From contig LSRY02000030.1 in assembly GCA_001643675.2 (NCBI GenBank), positions 186,001 through 250,000 of the forward strand: DNA of 64,000 bases, in the 5' to 3' direction. Shown here in pieces: positions 37,101-47,600 of this stretch; the first letter of the stretch is position 1, and each line of letters begins with the position of its first letter. Under the pieces are notes generated by a model that did not search any database, was not told the origin of the DNA, and saw only the letters and a program-made list of their open reading frames with translations. The position numbers and the translations under genes were made by a program. The stretch comes from Monocercomonoides exilis PA203. Its lineage: Eukaryota; Protista; Preaxostyla.

Positions 37101-37152
37101 CATCATCCTGCTGAGTTTTTGACTCAATTGATGCATGTTCGATATTAGACAT
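31120..37152 (-). CDS. Large low-complexity hypothetical protein (~2010 aa) with Leu-rich, possibly ARM/HEAT-like helical segments
   Basis: Uninterrupted ~6 kb ORF; first ATG at 37152 (MSNIEHAS). Acidic/basic N-terminal half, poly-Ser tracts, helical blocks such as VKLHLLSLLSKIS..GLFVLSSLL..VVSAASGILSTLC. Confidence 0.75.
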   Translation of the reverse strand: MSNIEHASIESKTQQDDDRKLDEKQILPPANSCFSPTKSGKLRESSNDDLSFSEDKVQRPFTPVRRILVPSPSMLASYDSETDSTPTPSEYRSFYEHEFENDQTESENEYDQDELYNRMPKLNKGEPEDEHFAKTNSIDDENGKKHFLYQKDYETDDPVRSISHDDIIDVIHNEIDALKDVIISASPSKENSAVYSKSKSNSSDSDESFEDKPKILRGKVKGETNGKEKEKDDDFSDEDDTSENKQEERSQFTVSSHQNRETTKSPKKNIKQTQLNEITQKNKKRKIRKRTHNDSEDDLSSQSDEEESKEKEEEEEDIENENNQPKTEKNRKISHSKGIEKNDKRNVIRKAHERMQLKKMEKQRKSESEEEEEEKEYYENSERFEENSSKEEKSTEIETETEQSLDDDKESESENYKTERYKEKYRKSKKLNMKNGQGKMKKSSKLIENEKSSKQNSESRRVNKKEKKEEKEKKGKGRSEKTNKSRKRNDIDNEEKESDDEENYDDEYEEEEEEDDDDDDDETIKVQKSKKLILPAAPIAETASSPRLSSSSPPKSQTTKLQQNLASQPSSRKTSDSPENSSSSSSSSSSSFASPSHPLQLPLSLPLPLPSSSATFISPSTSSSRFSSSSPSPSSSPSSLSPSSRSAYYNANAFSSAFSSSPSFSRLLLHSSFSSFDPKFISIQSILSLLSSIPSLFTSSLPFSFSSSSLQSSSSSSSSSSSSSSSSSSSVLSSLSSSLSSVCSIDPSILIKIPFSFYSSSFYSSFPASTNEPSSSSSSSSSSSSSSSSSSSSSSFSSSSSFSFTFPSVIGVTPFTPPFSTPLLLASSIQQKSSNSNSPSASSFSLISSLKSIFFNISPFLCPKHTETFNEADINRETSDYLNESERNEDTFSSIPSSSSSNSPSSSSSLLLFLPFAQQRTVLSLLLHLLLSESPFADDEHPTIKLPSFIRKVEEKEEKEEAKEKEKLNSRRTIKNDDTKETEISNNAEISSANGMNRLTNSSFPSSSSSSSSSSSSSSSSQAFISSDSHMPFRQRLVSVLLEMADEYEIKSEWAADEATEEIKQRRLAKYKLEKEKEKMQRKKKEKEIKQLLASQFGVFEGERKEEEKAEEQEEEQEEEEEEIEEKDDQDGETDENIEKEQKIGETRNKDYGKEEKEEEEEEEEEDDDEGDDEDISLENKVLMSHLLESNPITKEELHSWRLSLLSSLCLLRLLPCCASVSSSSYSSSASSSSIFGSAVPTRSDLFSQPNSPRPLPSFISLPPSPSSPSSSASSSSSSSSSLASASTPIKYISSSATSTSAYLSPSATPRNFVPSNAILSSPSTQTPTRAVYGSVLPLSPSTYSQIGSQPFYANSSDALQNSAFSSSFASSNQPNIHFLYPETNTSVKLHLLSLLSKISNCLKFAPLSLFLQEFYAHNGLFVLSSLLLCQSVSVVSAASGILSTLCLVSEDSTNKKESNQSKMAGDLDQSAISSSPSSLPSNTSRLSPFSNTLPQSNNPSSSLTLPNSQPSYHSTLQSSAFPLPPASSRSPFHSAFSQTFSSSSVSGSTSPSFIRQPQPLHHSFSSSSSSSSSSSSSYSPLALPPPPPPPLSPTINSLYYPSQSLKSNTLSSLTPSTSSSSSSVADPKKALRMETASSLVDSSSQASSLHSLFNTFTLHSWFHVILFRCLRRCFRFITLRKKRRLLEFVDATNKEIAKMEEEKEEQERKKQYVSMSTEGDDDAYDGSEGVSEYSSSYLQEQRNEGMRKSSPRSDIRNKSERDTVWKVDDPIRTRRTEGASLSPSLLLVSSRNPSVTSSSQANLTHIKEIEETVICLLVILQRTTKIKQVTSWLPTREMLLRLLNDRIKRDEKENAIKNEVIRRKKEVWLKCMSDTSIDDANRNSLKNEKETSKGMENMQATHVERSNEENKSKEKDSNNEDDLSMKSGLRVIISQKLSERYKNLRIKRDEGITQDNSEFSVEFKNSSLKKKWKGNDGNENGENEREEEEKIENLILRTMKIVMQQLNKK

Positions 37153-37584
37153 TCTTGGTGAGTTGCAAAAATTGGATAAAAAGTCAGTCTTTAACAAAAA
37201 ATTTTGTTTCTTAAAGTTAGAATTTATGAAAAAACAAATGTTACAAATGGCAAACACTTTGCTTAACAGAATATATGTATTTTTCTTTTAAAACCTAATG
37301 ATCAAAGAGTAATATATTTTTCAATACGGAAATGAAACCTGTTATGGGCAGTTGTTAATATTACAATATTTATTTTCTGACTTACTACGATACAAATTAG
37401 CTTATTAAGCGCACTATTGATATAAAAGTGCTTTTTCTGCAATGTCATCAAGAAAGATGAATGTTGGATCAACTCATGCTGGATTAACAGGTATTTTCTA
37501 TTTTTTCTTATTATCACTTGTATTAACTGATAAATGATTTGACCTTTTTTAAAATTTTGCTTCAAATTAAATGCAAAATCTTTT
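37153..37584. promoter_or_regulatory. Probable bidirectional promoter region (~430 bp)
   Basis: AT-rich spacer between divergent start codons at 37152 (-) and 37585 (+). Positional inference only. Confidence 0.4.
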
Positions 37585-39615
37585 ATGGACTTATTAAAAG
37601 ATTTTGGTATTTTTGACACTGATTTGGACTTATCTTTTTCATTGAACGAGCCAAAGCCTTCTGCGCAATTAAAATTTGAAACAAATGATTCAAATGATGA
37701 AGATTTTGTTGATCAAGTTGATGCTACCATTTTAGAAAATGTGGAGGCAAAACAAAAGAAAGAACCTTTGAAATACAAGCCCTACACTTTATCTGATTAT
37801 AGAAAGCTTGCTGAAGTTAAGATCAAACCAGGAATTGGCATAAAAAAAGACACTCCAGAATATAAACAGAAAATTGAAAGTGAGATGCGGAGACGCGAAT
37901 ATAGTCAAGCTATTAGAGAGAAAAACCAACAAATGGTCTTGAAATCTCAGCTTCAGCAATTTAGCAATCCAGTTCAAGGCAGTAAAATGTCAAATGCTCA
38001 ACAGTTTAAAAGAGAAAAGCAAATCAATGAAAAGTTCAAGAAAAAAGCGAAAAAAGATCAAAACCAGAAAGTTTTTGAAAGCAAAGGGATTAATAATTCA
38101 AAGCATACAGAAAGCTTCAATTTATCAAAAATGGACATCAATGAGGCTGAAAGAGTTTTGAATTATTTTTCATCGCAGTTGCTGAATGATTGCATGTATC
38201 CTCCTGAAGAACCAAAATATTCAGAACTTACAGATGTTGAAGAAGAAGAGGAAGATGGGAAATTTCAAAGAACAGAACCTGAAGATGACAATCTGAGGAG
38301 AAAAAAATACACATCAGAAAGAAGCGATTCGCAAGTCCGAAAAGACGATGAACGCGATGCAAAGGCAATGAAAGAGAGGAAGAAGAGAGAACAAATTTTG
38401 ATGGACAATTTGAGCTTGATTGAGAAAGAAGTTGAAAGCCTGGGGATAAAACGAAAGAAGAAAGAAGAGGCAGACGAGAGGAGAATAAAAGAAATTTTAA
38501 ACCCAACGCTGCTTCGCTCTCAGCGCTCAAATCAAACTTCTGATGCTTCATCATCATCTTCTTCTTGTTCTTCTTCATCTTTTCAATCATCAAGAGCATT
38601 CCAATCAACAAACTATTCTTCTTCAGCGAATACTCAATTGCCTCATCACATGCTGCCAACAAAAGCAACTTTGCTTGGCAATCCGAATGCTTATCGAACA
38701 TCCACTCGTCAGCAGCCTGCTGCAAATGCGGGAACATTTGGAACAAATTCAATAAATTCTTCTTCTTCCTCTTCTTCATCTTCCTCATCATCTTCCTCTT
38801 CATCTTCAGTCTCATCTTCCTTTTCCCCACATCATCGCAGGATTATCGCCGAAGACATTTTGGAAGAGCAGCTGAAAGCGCTTGAGCTTCGCCATCACCA
38901 AGACGTGGTTGATGTTGCACTGATGATTCACGACATGAAGAAAGAGAAAGAGAGAGAAAGAGAAAAAGAAAAAGAAAAAGAAAGAGAGAGAGAAAGAGAA
39001 AGAGAAAGAAAGAGGGAGAATGAGCAGAGGATTCTGGAAAGAGGAGAAGAGACAGACGAAGGGGAGCAGCTGAATGAGACCGGAAAGGAAATGAGTGGAA
39101 TGTCGCCGGCAAACGAGGCAAAACTGTCAGCACGTGTTTTGTCTCCGCCTCATGTCACTTTGCACTCCAAGTCTGAATTGTCGCTTTTGTTTCATTCTCC
39201 TGCTTCTTTTGCTTCTTCTTCTTCCTCTTCTTCTTCTTCAGCCTCTTCTGTCTTGTCTCTTTCAACCAAACCAATCACCCCTTGTTCCGCTTCGATGTTA
39301 AATTCTGCTTATTCTTCGCCACACACCGCCAATCGCATCTTAACTCCTTCAACTGGAATGGCGTCGCTGAATGCTTCCACAACCGCTTCGCGTTGCCAAT
39401 CTTCTCTTTCTCATTCTTCTTCCAGAACCACTTCTGCTTTGTCTTTCCCGTCTCCTTCGTCTTCGTCTTCGTCGAATTCATCGTATTCAAATAAACTCAG
39501 ATCATCTCCCTTGTTCTCTTCGACTCCACTTCCATTCACCGTGCCCCGCTTTTCTCCTGCACCTTCACCATCACAACCTCCTGAGCTCAATTCATTCTTT
39601 TCCTTCAGAAATTAA
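37585..39615 (+). CDS. JHY (C11orf63/DUF4591)-like putative ciliary protein
   Basis: KYKPYTLSDYRKL..IKPGIG..K..RRREYSQAIREKN resembles the JHY conserved block (YTLxDY..LGGLGP..KEYAxxV+ExN). LKALELRHHQDVVDVA resembles the JHY terminal LxxRHExExxxV motif. Recognised from memory. Confidence 0.65.
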   Translation: MDLLKDFGIFDTDLDLSFSLNEPKPSAQLKFETNDSNDEDFVDQVDATILENVEAKQKKEPLKYKPYTLSDYRKLAEVKIKPGIGIKKDTPEYKQKIESEMRRREYSQAIREKNQQMVLKSQLQQFSNPVQGSKMSNAQQFKREKQINEKFKKKAKKDQNQKVFESKGINNSKHTESFNLSKMDINEAERVLNYFSSQLLNDCMYPPEEPKYSELTDVEEEEEDGKFQRTEPEDDNLRRKKYTSERSDSQVRKDDERDAKAMKERKKREQILMDNLSLIEKEVESLGIKRKKKEEADERRIKEILNPTLLRSQRSNQTSDASSSSSSCSSSSFQSSRAFQSTNYSSSANTQLPHHMLPTKATLLGNPNAYRTSTRQQPAANAGTFGTNSINSSSSSSSSSSSSSSSSSVSSSFSPHHRRIIAEDILEEQLKALELRHHQDVVDVALMIHDMKKEKEREREKEKEKERERERERERKRENEQRILERGEETDEGEQLNETGKEMSGMSPANEAKLSARVLSPPHVTLHSKSELSLLFHSPASFASSSSSSSSSASSVLSLSTKPITPCSASMLNSAYSSPHTANRILTPSTGMASLNASTTASRCQSSLSHSSSRTTSALSFPSPSSSSSSNSSYSNKLRSSPLFSSTPLPFTVPRFSPAPSPSQPPELNSFFSFRN

Positions 39616-39760
39616 AAAATTATTAAATAATTGAAAAAAAATATTTTTATAATACGTTTTATTTGATCTAAAAACGTTTTTATCCGATTTGTTTTTATAA
39701 GCTGTTGTACATCCTTAGTTGAACTTTTTTATTTTTGTTTATTTTTTTAAATCATAATAC

Positions 39761-42700
39761 ATGACGGTGCTTGCTTCAGTAAATAAAGATTTGCAAAGAC
39801 AGTCTTTTTTATCATTTCCGTACCAAAGTTCGTTATCAAAGGAAGATACCTTCCCAACTTCCTCTATTCATTGCAACCTTCATCATATGGATGGAACAAT
39901 TCTATTATCAAAGGGTATTTGTAAAATAAGCGATCATCAAACAAAAGAATTTAACACTGAACTTTTAACAGAATGTATCTCAGAAAATCCTTCCATTCAA
40001 GATCAACATATTGAAAACGAGCTAAAAAAAGGAAGGCCAAGACCTTCAAAAACAGGAAATGCTGAAAACTCACTTGCGAAGAAAGAAAATTTTATTTTAA
40101 CAAAAACTAAAATTGTTGCTTTTACAGAAGAAATGCATCGATCAAATGAAGAAAAAGCAAAGCCTTCTTCATATTCGCGGGCTGTCTTTCTTATCAATTC
40201 AGGAGAAAATGAAAAGCGTCGTGCTCAAAACGAGATAATTTTACCAGATAATTTGCGTTCTCATGCACCCATACATTCACAGGCTGCATTTGAACAGTCA
40301 GAACCAAAAAAATCAATTATTTTATGCCAGCCATTGGAAATTGAAGAATCAGAAAGTACGCCTCGTTGCCAAAATACTCCAACTGAAACACCTTCTTCGA
40401 GATTACCATTGCTTGTTCCAACGCTTCCGTTTTTTCCTAATCCCCACCACATTCTTCGTCACAGCAGTGAAAAGAACAGTCTGATTGCTTCAGAATCGAC
40501 GACTTCATTGGCATCCCCCAAAAGTTCTGATTCTTCGTTTTCAGATGAATCACCTCCAGTTACAGCTTCTCCATTGAGCATCAAAATGTCATTCGAAAAG
40601 GAAGCCGAAAAGAGCATTAATTCAAAGGAAAGTGGAATAAAAAATATACAATTGGCAAATGAAAAAAGTCCAGAAATCAAAGAAAATGGAGATAATTCTA
40701 TTCATAATACATCTTCTGAGTCAACAATTAATAATTCATCAAGCGAATTGATCAATCAGAAAATACTTCAAAATAGCTCTCAAAACAATCAAGAAAACGC
40801 AGTCTATTTATCTTCATACAAACCTTCTCACTCTAAAGAAACAGACGCAGTTAAACATCTTTCACTCCAAGTTCCTCTTCTTCCTCCTCCTCCTCCTCTT
40901 TCATCGTCTTCTTTTTCACCTTTGCCTTCTCAAACTCCTCGTTCTCTTCGTTCTCCTTCTTCTTCTTTATCTTCCTCTTCCTCATCCTCCTCTTCTTCTT
41001 CTAATCCTTCTTCTTCTTCTTCTTCTTCTTCCTCTTCCTCTTCCTCTTCTCCATCATTTTCTCCTTCTTCTCCTTCTTTTTCAGACTGTTCTCTTCTTCC
41101 TCCTTTCTATTACTCTTTTCCTGCTCGCCCACATTTCACACAAAGCGCCTCTTTCACCAGAAGAAGCCAACTTTTGTTTTCAAACAAAACTTCTTCTTCC
41201 TCCTCCTCCTCCTCCTCCTCTTCTTCTTCTTATCCCACTTCTCCTGCTCTTCATTCACATCGGCAAAGAATTTATAACAATGATAAATGTAACAATAGTC
41301 ATAGAAAATCTTCTCATTCACTTAATGCTTCTCCTGATCAATTAAACAACCTTTTGCCTTCTCTTCCGTCTCTTCCTTCACATTCGTCTCATTCGTCATC
41401 TTCTCCTTCTCCTTCTCCTTCTTCTCTTTCATCTTCTCTTTCATCTTCTTCTGCTTCTCTTTCTCTTTCTCCTCCAACTGTTAGGAAAATTCCATCTTTC
41501 GCCCCTTCTTTTTCTTCAACCAAGCCTGCAGAATTTTTCCTTCCCGTAATTCCCCCGCTGAAATCTATCGATTCTTCCTTGTTTTGCACTTCCACTTTAG
41601 GAAATTGCACTCAAATGAAGCAAACGAATGATGAAGGACAGCAAAATGAGCTGTATTATTCGTATCCTTCTGGTTCTCAAACAGAAAGAAGAGGAAAAAG
41701 AGAAGATGAAAATTTGGGAAATGAAATATGGAGGAGAACTTTGATGTATGCGAAAAGGGCGAAAAGAGACGAGTTGAGTGAGAAAGAGGAAGAAGAAGAA
41801 GAAGAAGAAGAAAGAAAGAGGGAACGGAAAAGAGAAAGAGAAAGAGAAAGAAAGAATAGAAATGATAGGGAAAATAAAAGATTAAGCCAAAGAGAAAGAA
41901 GAGAAAGAGAGAGAGGAAGAATAGAGAATGCAGGAAACATAAAGAAAACTTCCATTTCTGAAGAAGAAGAAGAAGAAGAAGAGAAGCAGAGGAGAGAAAG
42001 AGAAGTGAATGAATATGAAGGAAGAATCTCTCCGCATTCGATGAAGACGATGATGAACATGACAACACCTTATTTGAAAGTGGCTCCAGCAACAATATCA
42101 ACATCTGTTCAGACAGAAGAAAAAGAAGAGGAGGAGGATGAAAAAGAAGAAGATGATGATGAAAGAATGGGGAATAAAGTGGAAATATTGTATTTGAAGA
42201 GAGAAAGAGAAAGAGAAAGAGAAAGAGAAAGAGAAAGAGAAAGAGAAAGAGAAAGAGAAAGAGAAAGAGAGAAAGAGAAGAAAATGCAATTTTTAAGAAT
42301 TCCACAAATCCAAACGGAAGTTGAAAGCGAAAGTGAATTTTTGAATGAATCACAAAAAGCATATGATGATTGGGGAATAAAAGACAACCAAGAAGCATCT
42401 TCTTCTTCATTAAAACCTTCTTATTTCCTTAATTATTCATCTCCTCCTATTTCCTCTTCGTCATTTTCCACATTCTCATCATCATCTTCTTCTTCTTCTT
42501 CAACTTCTGCTTCAACTTTTTCTTCTTCTTCTTCTTCTTCCATTTTTCATTATCCTCCTCCTTTTCACTTGGCTAATCATCCGTCTTATCCTCTCCTCTA
42601 CAAATCTCCTGTGCTTTCCCCTCCAAAACTGCCCTGCGGCCCCTCGGGTGTTTATGCTCGGAGAAATAACGAGATGCTTCGGAGAATTATGAAAGATGAA

Positions 42701-43726
42701 GAGGAAGTGAACGCGCTGAAGGAAAGAGTGAGGAAAATGAAGTGCGAAATTGATGCGAACGAAGCTAAATGCAAAGCAGGCAATGAAAACGAAGCTTTTG
42801 TGAGTTATGTTAAGCAGTCAGCTTATACTCAGCCGCTTTCTTTGCCTCTTTCGAAAGTTGATCTGCTGGGAGAGGAGAAATTCCAGGCAGAGGCAAAAGA
42901 AAGAGCCGAATGTGAGAAAAATAGAGTGAAGGAGGTTAAAGACAAAGTGAGTTACAAAGAGAAAGAGGCAGAGATGAGGATTATTTTGGGAAAAAGCAAG
43001 AGGAGGAGAAGCAGCAGAGGAGTTTGCACTGAGAAAGGAGAGGGAGAAGAAGAGAGAAATGAGAAGGAGAAGGAGAAGGAAAGGGGGAAGAAGGAAGGAG
43101 CATATTTGGGGAATGCGAAGTATTGGATGAAGACAAAGAAAGGAAACTTGGTTTATTTGGATGCTGAGACACATAAGAAAATCGAAGAGGAAGCAAAATT
43201 GGAAGAGGAAAAGGAGGAAGAGGAAGGAAAAGAAGAAGGGAATCATCATGCAAATTATAGTTATTTTGGAAAAGATGAAAAAAAAGAAAAAAGAGCTCAA
43301 AAAGGAAAGAAAAGTGAATCAGATGTTTATCAAACCTGTGGAAGACAGTTGCATTGCGAAGAAAATGAAGGCAGAAGATTTGTCAATGACAAAAACAACA
43401 GCTCTTTTCAATGTAAAGAAGGGACAAAAGAAACAACCGTTTCTCATTCAGAAGTGAATGCTTCTTCTTCTTCTTCTGTTTCTTCCATTTCTTCTCCAAT
43501 ACATCAGCCATCTCGTCATTCTTTGGCATCTTCCATGTCTTTGTCATCGCTTTCTTCGCCTTTGCTGTTTATTTCGAAGCAAAGAAAGTTGACTGCGCAG
43601 ATCAAAAAGAAGAACGAAGAGGAAATTCTGCTTCAGCTGCTGCCGCCTGATGAATGGTGGAAAAGAGAAAGAACCACAAAAACTAGTCCAAAGAGACAGA
43701 TTATTATGTTCGATGTATGTCAATGA
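39761..43726 (+). CDS. Hypothetical low-complexity protein (1321 aa; Ser-rich, ER/E-rich coiled coil)
   Basis: Uninterrupted ~4 kb ATG-initiated ORF with AT-rich flanks; no recognisable domain. Confidence 0.7.
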   Translation: MTVLASVNKDLQRQSFLSFPYQSSLSKEDTFPTSSIHCNLHHMDGTILLSKGICKISDHQTKEFNTELLTECISENPSIQDQHIENELKKGRPRPSKTGNAENSLAKKENFILTKTKIVAFTEEMHRSNEEKAKPSSYSRAVFLINSGENEKRRAQNEIILPDNLRSHAPIHSQAAFEQSEPKKSIILCQPLEIEESESTPRCQNTPTETPSSRLPLLVPTLPFFPNPHHILRHSSEKNSLIASESTTSLASPKSSDSSFSDESPPVTASPLSIKMSFEKEAEKSINSKESGIKNIQLANEKSPEIKENGDNSIHNTSSESTINNSSSELINQKILQNSSQNNQENAVYLSSYKPSHSKETDAVKHLSLQVPLLPPPPPLSSSSFSPLPSQTPRSLRSPSSSLSSSSSSSSSSSNPSSSSSSSSSSSSSSPSFSPSSPSFSDCSLLPPFYYSFPARPHFTQSASFTRRSQLLFSNKTSSSSSSSSSSSSSYPTSPALHSHRQRIYNNDKCNNSHRKSSHSLNASPDQLNNLLPSLPSLPSHSSHSSSSPSPSPSSLSSSLSSSSASLSLSPPTVRKIPSFAPSFSSTKPAEFFLPVIPPLKSIDSSLFCTSTLGNCTQMKQTNDEGQQNELYYSYPSGSQTERRGKREDENLGNEIWRRTLMYAKRAKRDELSEKEEEEEEEEERKRERKRERERERKNRNDRENKRLSQRERRERERGRIENAGNIKKTSISEEEEEEEEKQRREREVNEYEGRISPHSMKTMMNMTTPYLKVAPATISTSVQTEEKEEEEDEKEEDDDERMGNKVEILYLKREREREREREREREREREREREREKEKKMQFLRIPQIQTEVESESEFLNESQKAYDDWGIKDNQEASSSSLKPSYFLNYSSPPISSSSFSTFSSSSSSSSSTSASTFSSSSSSSIFHYPPPFHLANHPSYPLLYKSPVLSPPKLPCGPSGVYARRNNEMLRRIMKDEEEVNALKERVRKMKCEIDANEAKCKAGNENEAFVSYVKQSAYTQPLSLPLSKVDLLGEEKFQAEAKERAECEKNRVKEVKDKVSYKEKEAEMRIILGKSKRRRSSRGVCTEKGEGEEERNEKEKEKERGKKEGAYLGNAKYWMKTKKGNLVYLDAETHKKIEEEAKLEEEKEEEEGKEEGNHHANYSYFGKDEKKEKRAQKGKKSESDVYQTCGRQLHCEENEGRRFVNDKNNSSFQCKEGTKETTVSHSEVNASSSSSVSSISSPIHQPSRHSLASSMSLSSLSSPLLFISKQRKLTAQIKKKNEEEILLQLLPPDEWWKRERTTKTSPKRQIIMFDVCQ
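42198..42272 (+). repeat. Coding hexanucleotide repeat (AGAGAA)n encoding (RE)n
   Basis: About 12 units, seen directly. Confidence 0.9.
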
Positions 43727-43965
43727 GAGAGGAGAGAGGAAAGTGGAAAGAGAAGAAAAGAAACTGGATTTGAGAGGAAATGATTGAAATTTAAAAGTTC
43801 AAATATTTTGTGAAGATTTTTTTTAATGAAAATCACTTCGGTGCGCATTTATGTACTGAACATTTATTTATTTTTTATTTTTTATTTCAAATTTTTTCTT
43901 CATTTAATCAACCACCCGAATCATCATTATTTAATTCTCTTCAATTGAATTTCCGATTTTTTTGT

Positions 43966-44169
43966 TTATGTTGCTATTTCCATAGGAACAGCCAATGCGC
44001 AATCCGCGCGATCATCTGATTGAAGCGAAAGTGACATCTCCTCTTCGATATTCTCAGTCTTTAGCTGCTTCGCCTTCTGAATCGGTTTTTGTACTTTCAA
44101 CGCGCAATCACTAGCATTCAATGCTTGAAGTAACTGTAAGCAGTTACTCATTTTGAATGTTTTACGCAT
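43966..44169 (-). CDS. Possible small ORF or gene remnant (67 aa)
   Basis: ATG-initiated, locally higher GC than its flanks, protein-like composition; no motif. Confidence 0.2.
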   Translation of the reverse strand: MRKTFKMSNCLQLLQALNASDCALKVQKPIQKAKQLKTENIEEEMSLSLQSDDRADCALAVPMEIAT

Positions 44170-44816
44170 GACCTCATGTATTTCATTTTACGTCTTTTCT
44201 TTCAAACTTTTATAACAATAATTTTAAAGAGTTATTTTTTTTTTTTTTTTTTTTGAAAAATTATCAAATTGAAAAATCAGAAAAAAAAGTTATCTGATTT
44301 TAAATAAAATAGAGCGCATAATTCACACAACGCATATCATTCACACTAATGGTCACAATTTTTATTGTATTGAAATTGAATTATTATTTTTCGAGTTTGA
44401 ATTGTTTATGGTGGATTGAAATTAATAAAATAATTATATTTAAATCCAATTTGATTAATTTTTTAAATCTAATGAAGGATATGAATTGTATTATTTGAAT
44501 ACTCATTTTTGTTACAGATATATGCGAAATATATGATTTTTTCCTAAACTTTTTTATAGAATGCAATTAAAGTGTTGCATCCATGTACTTAAAATGAAAA
44601 TTATCAAGTTTCTGATGCTTGGTGGATCCACATGATATATTCTGAAACTACTGACGGAAAAAACGAAGACATTAATTTGATGATGAATTTATCAACTGCG
44701 AAAAAAACAATAATAATTTCAAATGAAAAAAACTCCTTGTTTACACCAAGAAACATTGAAAAAGAACAGGAACAGTCCAAATCACTTGAATGCATCAACT
44801 GAAAAAATTGTTTTTT

Positions 44817-47600
44817 TTACACAATAACGTTTTGAAATGAATTTTTGTTTTTCAGATGACGCACAGCCTCGCTGAGTGCCTCACACGTGTCTTTTTTTCG
44901 CAAGCAGTTCTTCTCGTTCTTCCATTTCTCTGCTGACACAAATATACACTCTGACTTGTAAAACACAATAAACGTGACCAAATCAATTGGCTCGTCGTAC
45001 ACCTTGCCCATCCCGAAGATGACATTTTCTCTGTCGAAGGCCAACTCGCTGAAGTCCATCACAGACAGCGAGTTCTCATAAGAAATGATCGACGCCTTTG
45101 CATTTGAACTGCGGATGAGATGCCACTGAAGATTCTCCAGTCTGATTTCGCTCGCTTCTTTGCCCGCTTTCGTTTCTTTGCCATTCCTTGATAAGACTGA
45201 TTCCTCATTCCCCTTCTCTTCTGCATCCCCCACAGAAATAAACAATCCATCTGCAAAATTCAGAACATCAACAGAAAACGCGCTTACCACAAAATGTGCA
45301 GCGTGTGCTGCAAGTCGGATGGCGGTTGTCGCAAAGGAGAGTCCTGCCATTTTGGATTCTGCAATCGAAAGCGTCCCAGACGAAACATGGAAAAGCACAA
45401 AGGCAATGCCTTCTTCTGCTGTCTGCATCGCAAAGGAGCATTTGCAAAGCGTGGTTGTTCCTATCTCAGTGAAAAGAAGTTCCTTTTGCGATGTTTCGAA
45501 AGATGAAGGCAGGCAGAAGTTGATGGAGGTGAATGTGAGCATAAGCTTGTTTGTAAGCACAGCCTCAGAAGGCTCAGAAAGAGATTGAATAGCTTTTCCC
45601 ACATTGATTGTGCATTCATCCGAGGAAGGCTCATCAGAGAAAGAGAAAGAAGAAGAATAGCCAGGAGAAGAAGGAACAGCTGGGCTTATTGAGCTGTTTG
45701 AAAGGTCCCACTCGTCTGAAATGGCAGCACTTGTGTTGATTTTGATTTCTCTGAACTGAACTCCTTCTCTGAAATGCCTCATCCCTTCCCAAATCGACAG
45801 ACAAGGCTCCTTTTCTGATCCGCACCCGTGAATGTCTCTTCCACTCGACGACACAACAACAGAAGTGTCTGTGTGCTCAAACAGCAGCTTGTCCAGAAAT
45901 ATGCCTTCTGTAAAGTTCACTTCATCTGACCCAAAGAAAGCATTTGTTCTTTTCCATTCAGTCCAATCAAACATCAACCTTTCAATGACAACAGAGGCAT
46001 TCAAATCGGAGCTCAATATGAATACGTTTCTCCCAACAAATGCTTCATTCTCAGAAAATACTAAGTCAGATAAAGAAAATCCTTCGATCGAATTGCAGCA
46101 GCTCAAATACAAAAACCCTCCTTTTCCGACAAAAGTCGAGCAAGTGCAATGGCTAACAGAACTTAACTGCTCAGAATTTTCTCCCTTTAGACAGAAGCTT
46201 CCTTCTGTTCCAAGTTCAATTTTCATTCCTCCACCTTCCATACTCAATACAGATGTCAAATCATCCAAAGAGCAGTTCACTATTGACAGATGCGTCTCAA
46301 GCTGAACAGACCCAAACGAAGGCTGCTCATCATACTCACTCACATGAAGAGAAGTGAATTCACAGTTCTTGAAGCTTATTTCAGATGGCTGAGATTCTTG
46401 ATTGGCTGAAGAGGAATAATCGTCTTTTGCTTGCTGTATTGAAGGAATCAGATTGAAAAGTGAATATGCTGAAAATGACAAATGCGTAAAGCTCACTCAC
46501 TCGAATGAGCTTGGGCAGTTTGCGAAATCACAAAAGGCGTTACAGAAAAATGTTGCTTTATCAGCATGGCACTGAGAAAGCTGCACAGCTCCACCCAAAA
46601 CGCTGATCAAATGCACGCAACTTGAAAGATCTTGCGATTCTGAAGAAGTTAGAATGAAAGAGCACGATGAAAATTGGATGTTTCCTGTTTCTGTCAAAGA
46701 GGAAAACAACGAAGCACATTCAGTTGTCTCAATATCAAAAACAGATGGAATATAAAAATCGATCGAAGAAAACGAAAGAGCGGCTGTAGATGAAACAACA
46801 CTTCCAGATGCAAACTGAACATTGGCGCTGATGTTAATCCCGCAGTTTTCTCTGCCAAATGACAGGACGTTGACTGAGTTGAGTGAAATGTCATTTTCGA
46901 TCGAGCCATTCCATATCACAGTGATCACTCGAAGTGGCACATCTGCACTGCTCTCTGCAAGTCGATTGACGGAATAGTCAAGCGATTGGCACGGAACATA
47001 TTTGTTCCCACAAAACACCTCGTTCTGCCCTGCTGGCGCCTCAACCAGAACAGACGCGCTCACAAAACCCTCCACAAAAATCATCAGATCAACCGCCTCG
47101 TTGAAATACCTCCTGTCAAACCCAACCAGCGCATTCGTTTTGTCCTCAAATTGTGTCACAAATGCAAACAACTCAGAATTTACTCCCTTCCTCGGATCAT
47201 TCGCCACAATAAACATGTCTCTTCCCTTGTGTGCCTTGTTTCCTCCAACACTAATATCTGAAAATGAATATCTGTCACTGTTGTCTGTTGCACATGTCAA
47301 ATCGGTTGATCGGCCAAATCCTTCAGAACTGCTGCAGATGCTGTTCGTCACCCCAACGTTGCTCATCTTCAGCTGTCCATCTACCCCTTTCAGCTCAAAA
47401 GACATCGCTCCTCCCTTTTTGCATCCTTCTGAGCCGAGTGTTTGGAACGTGCATCCAACAACTTCTGCTTCGTTGCTGTTCTGAAGAGAGAATATCGAAG
47501 AACATGCATTCGATGCTCCATTGTTGATGCTGCTGAATGAAGAAGCGTTCAACAGAAGAACAGCTGTTGATGAATCTCCTCCTTCTTCTTCTTCTTCATT
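44817..47600 (-). pseudogene. Truncated fragment of a beta-helix/Cys-motif surface protein family
   Basis: ORFs 46497-47552 and 44817-46496 are in frame across one TGA. Family motifs: KGGAMSF, AHKGRDMFI, FCGNKYVPCQSL, EGGGMKI, GKGGFLYL, AFVGRNVFI, GCGSEKEPCLSI. No start, signal peptide, TM or kinase. Confidence 0.8.
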
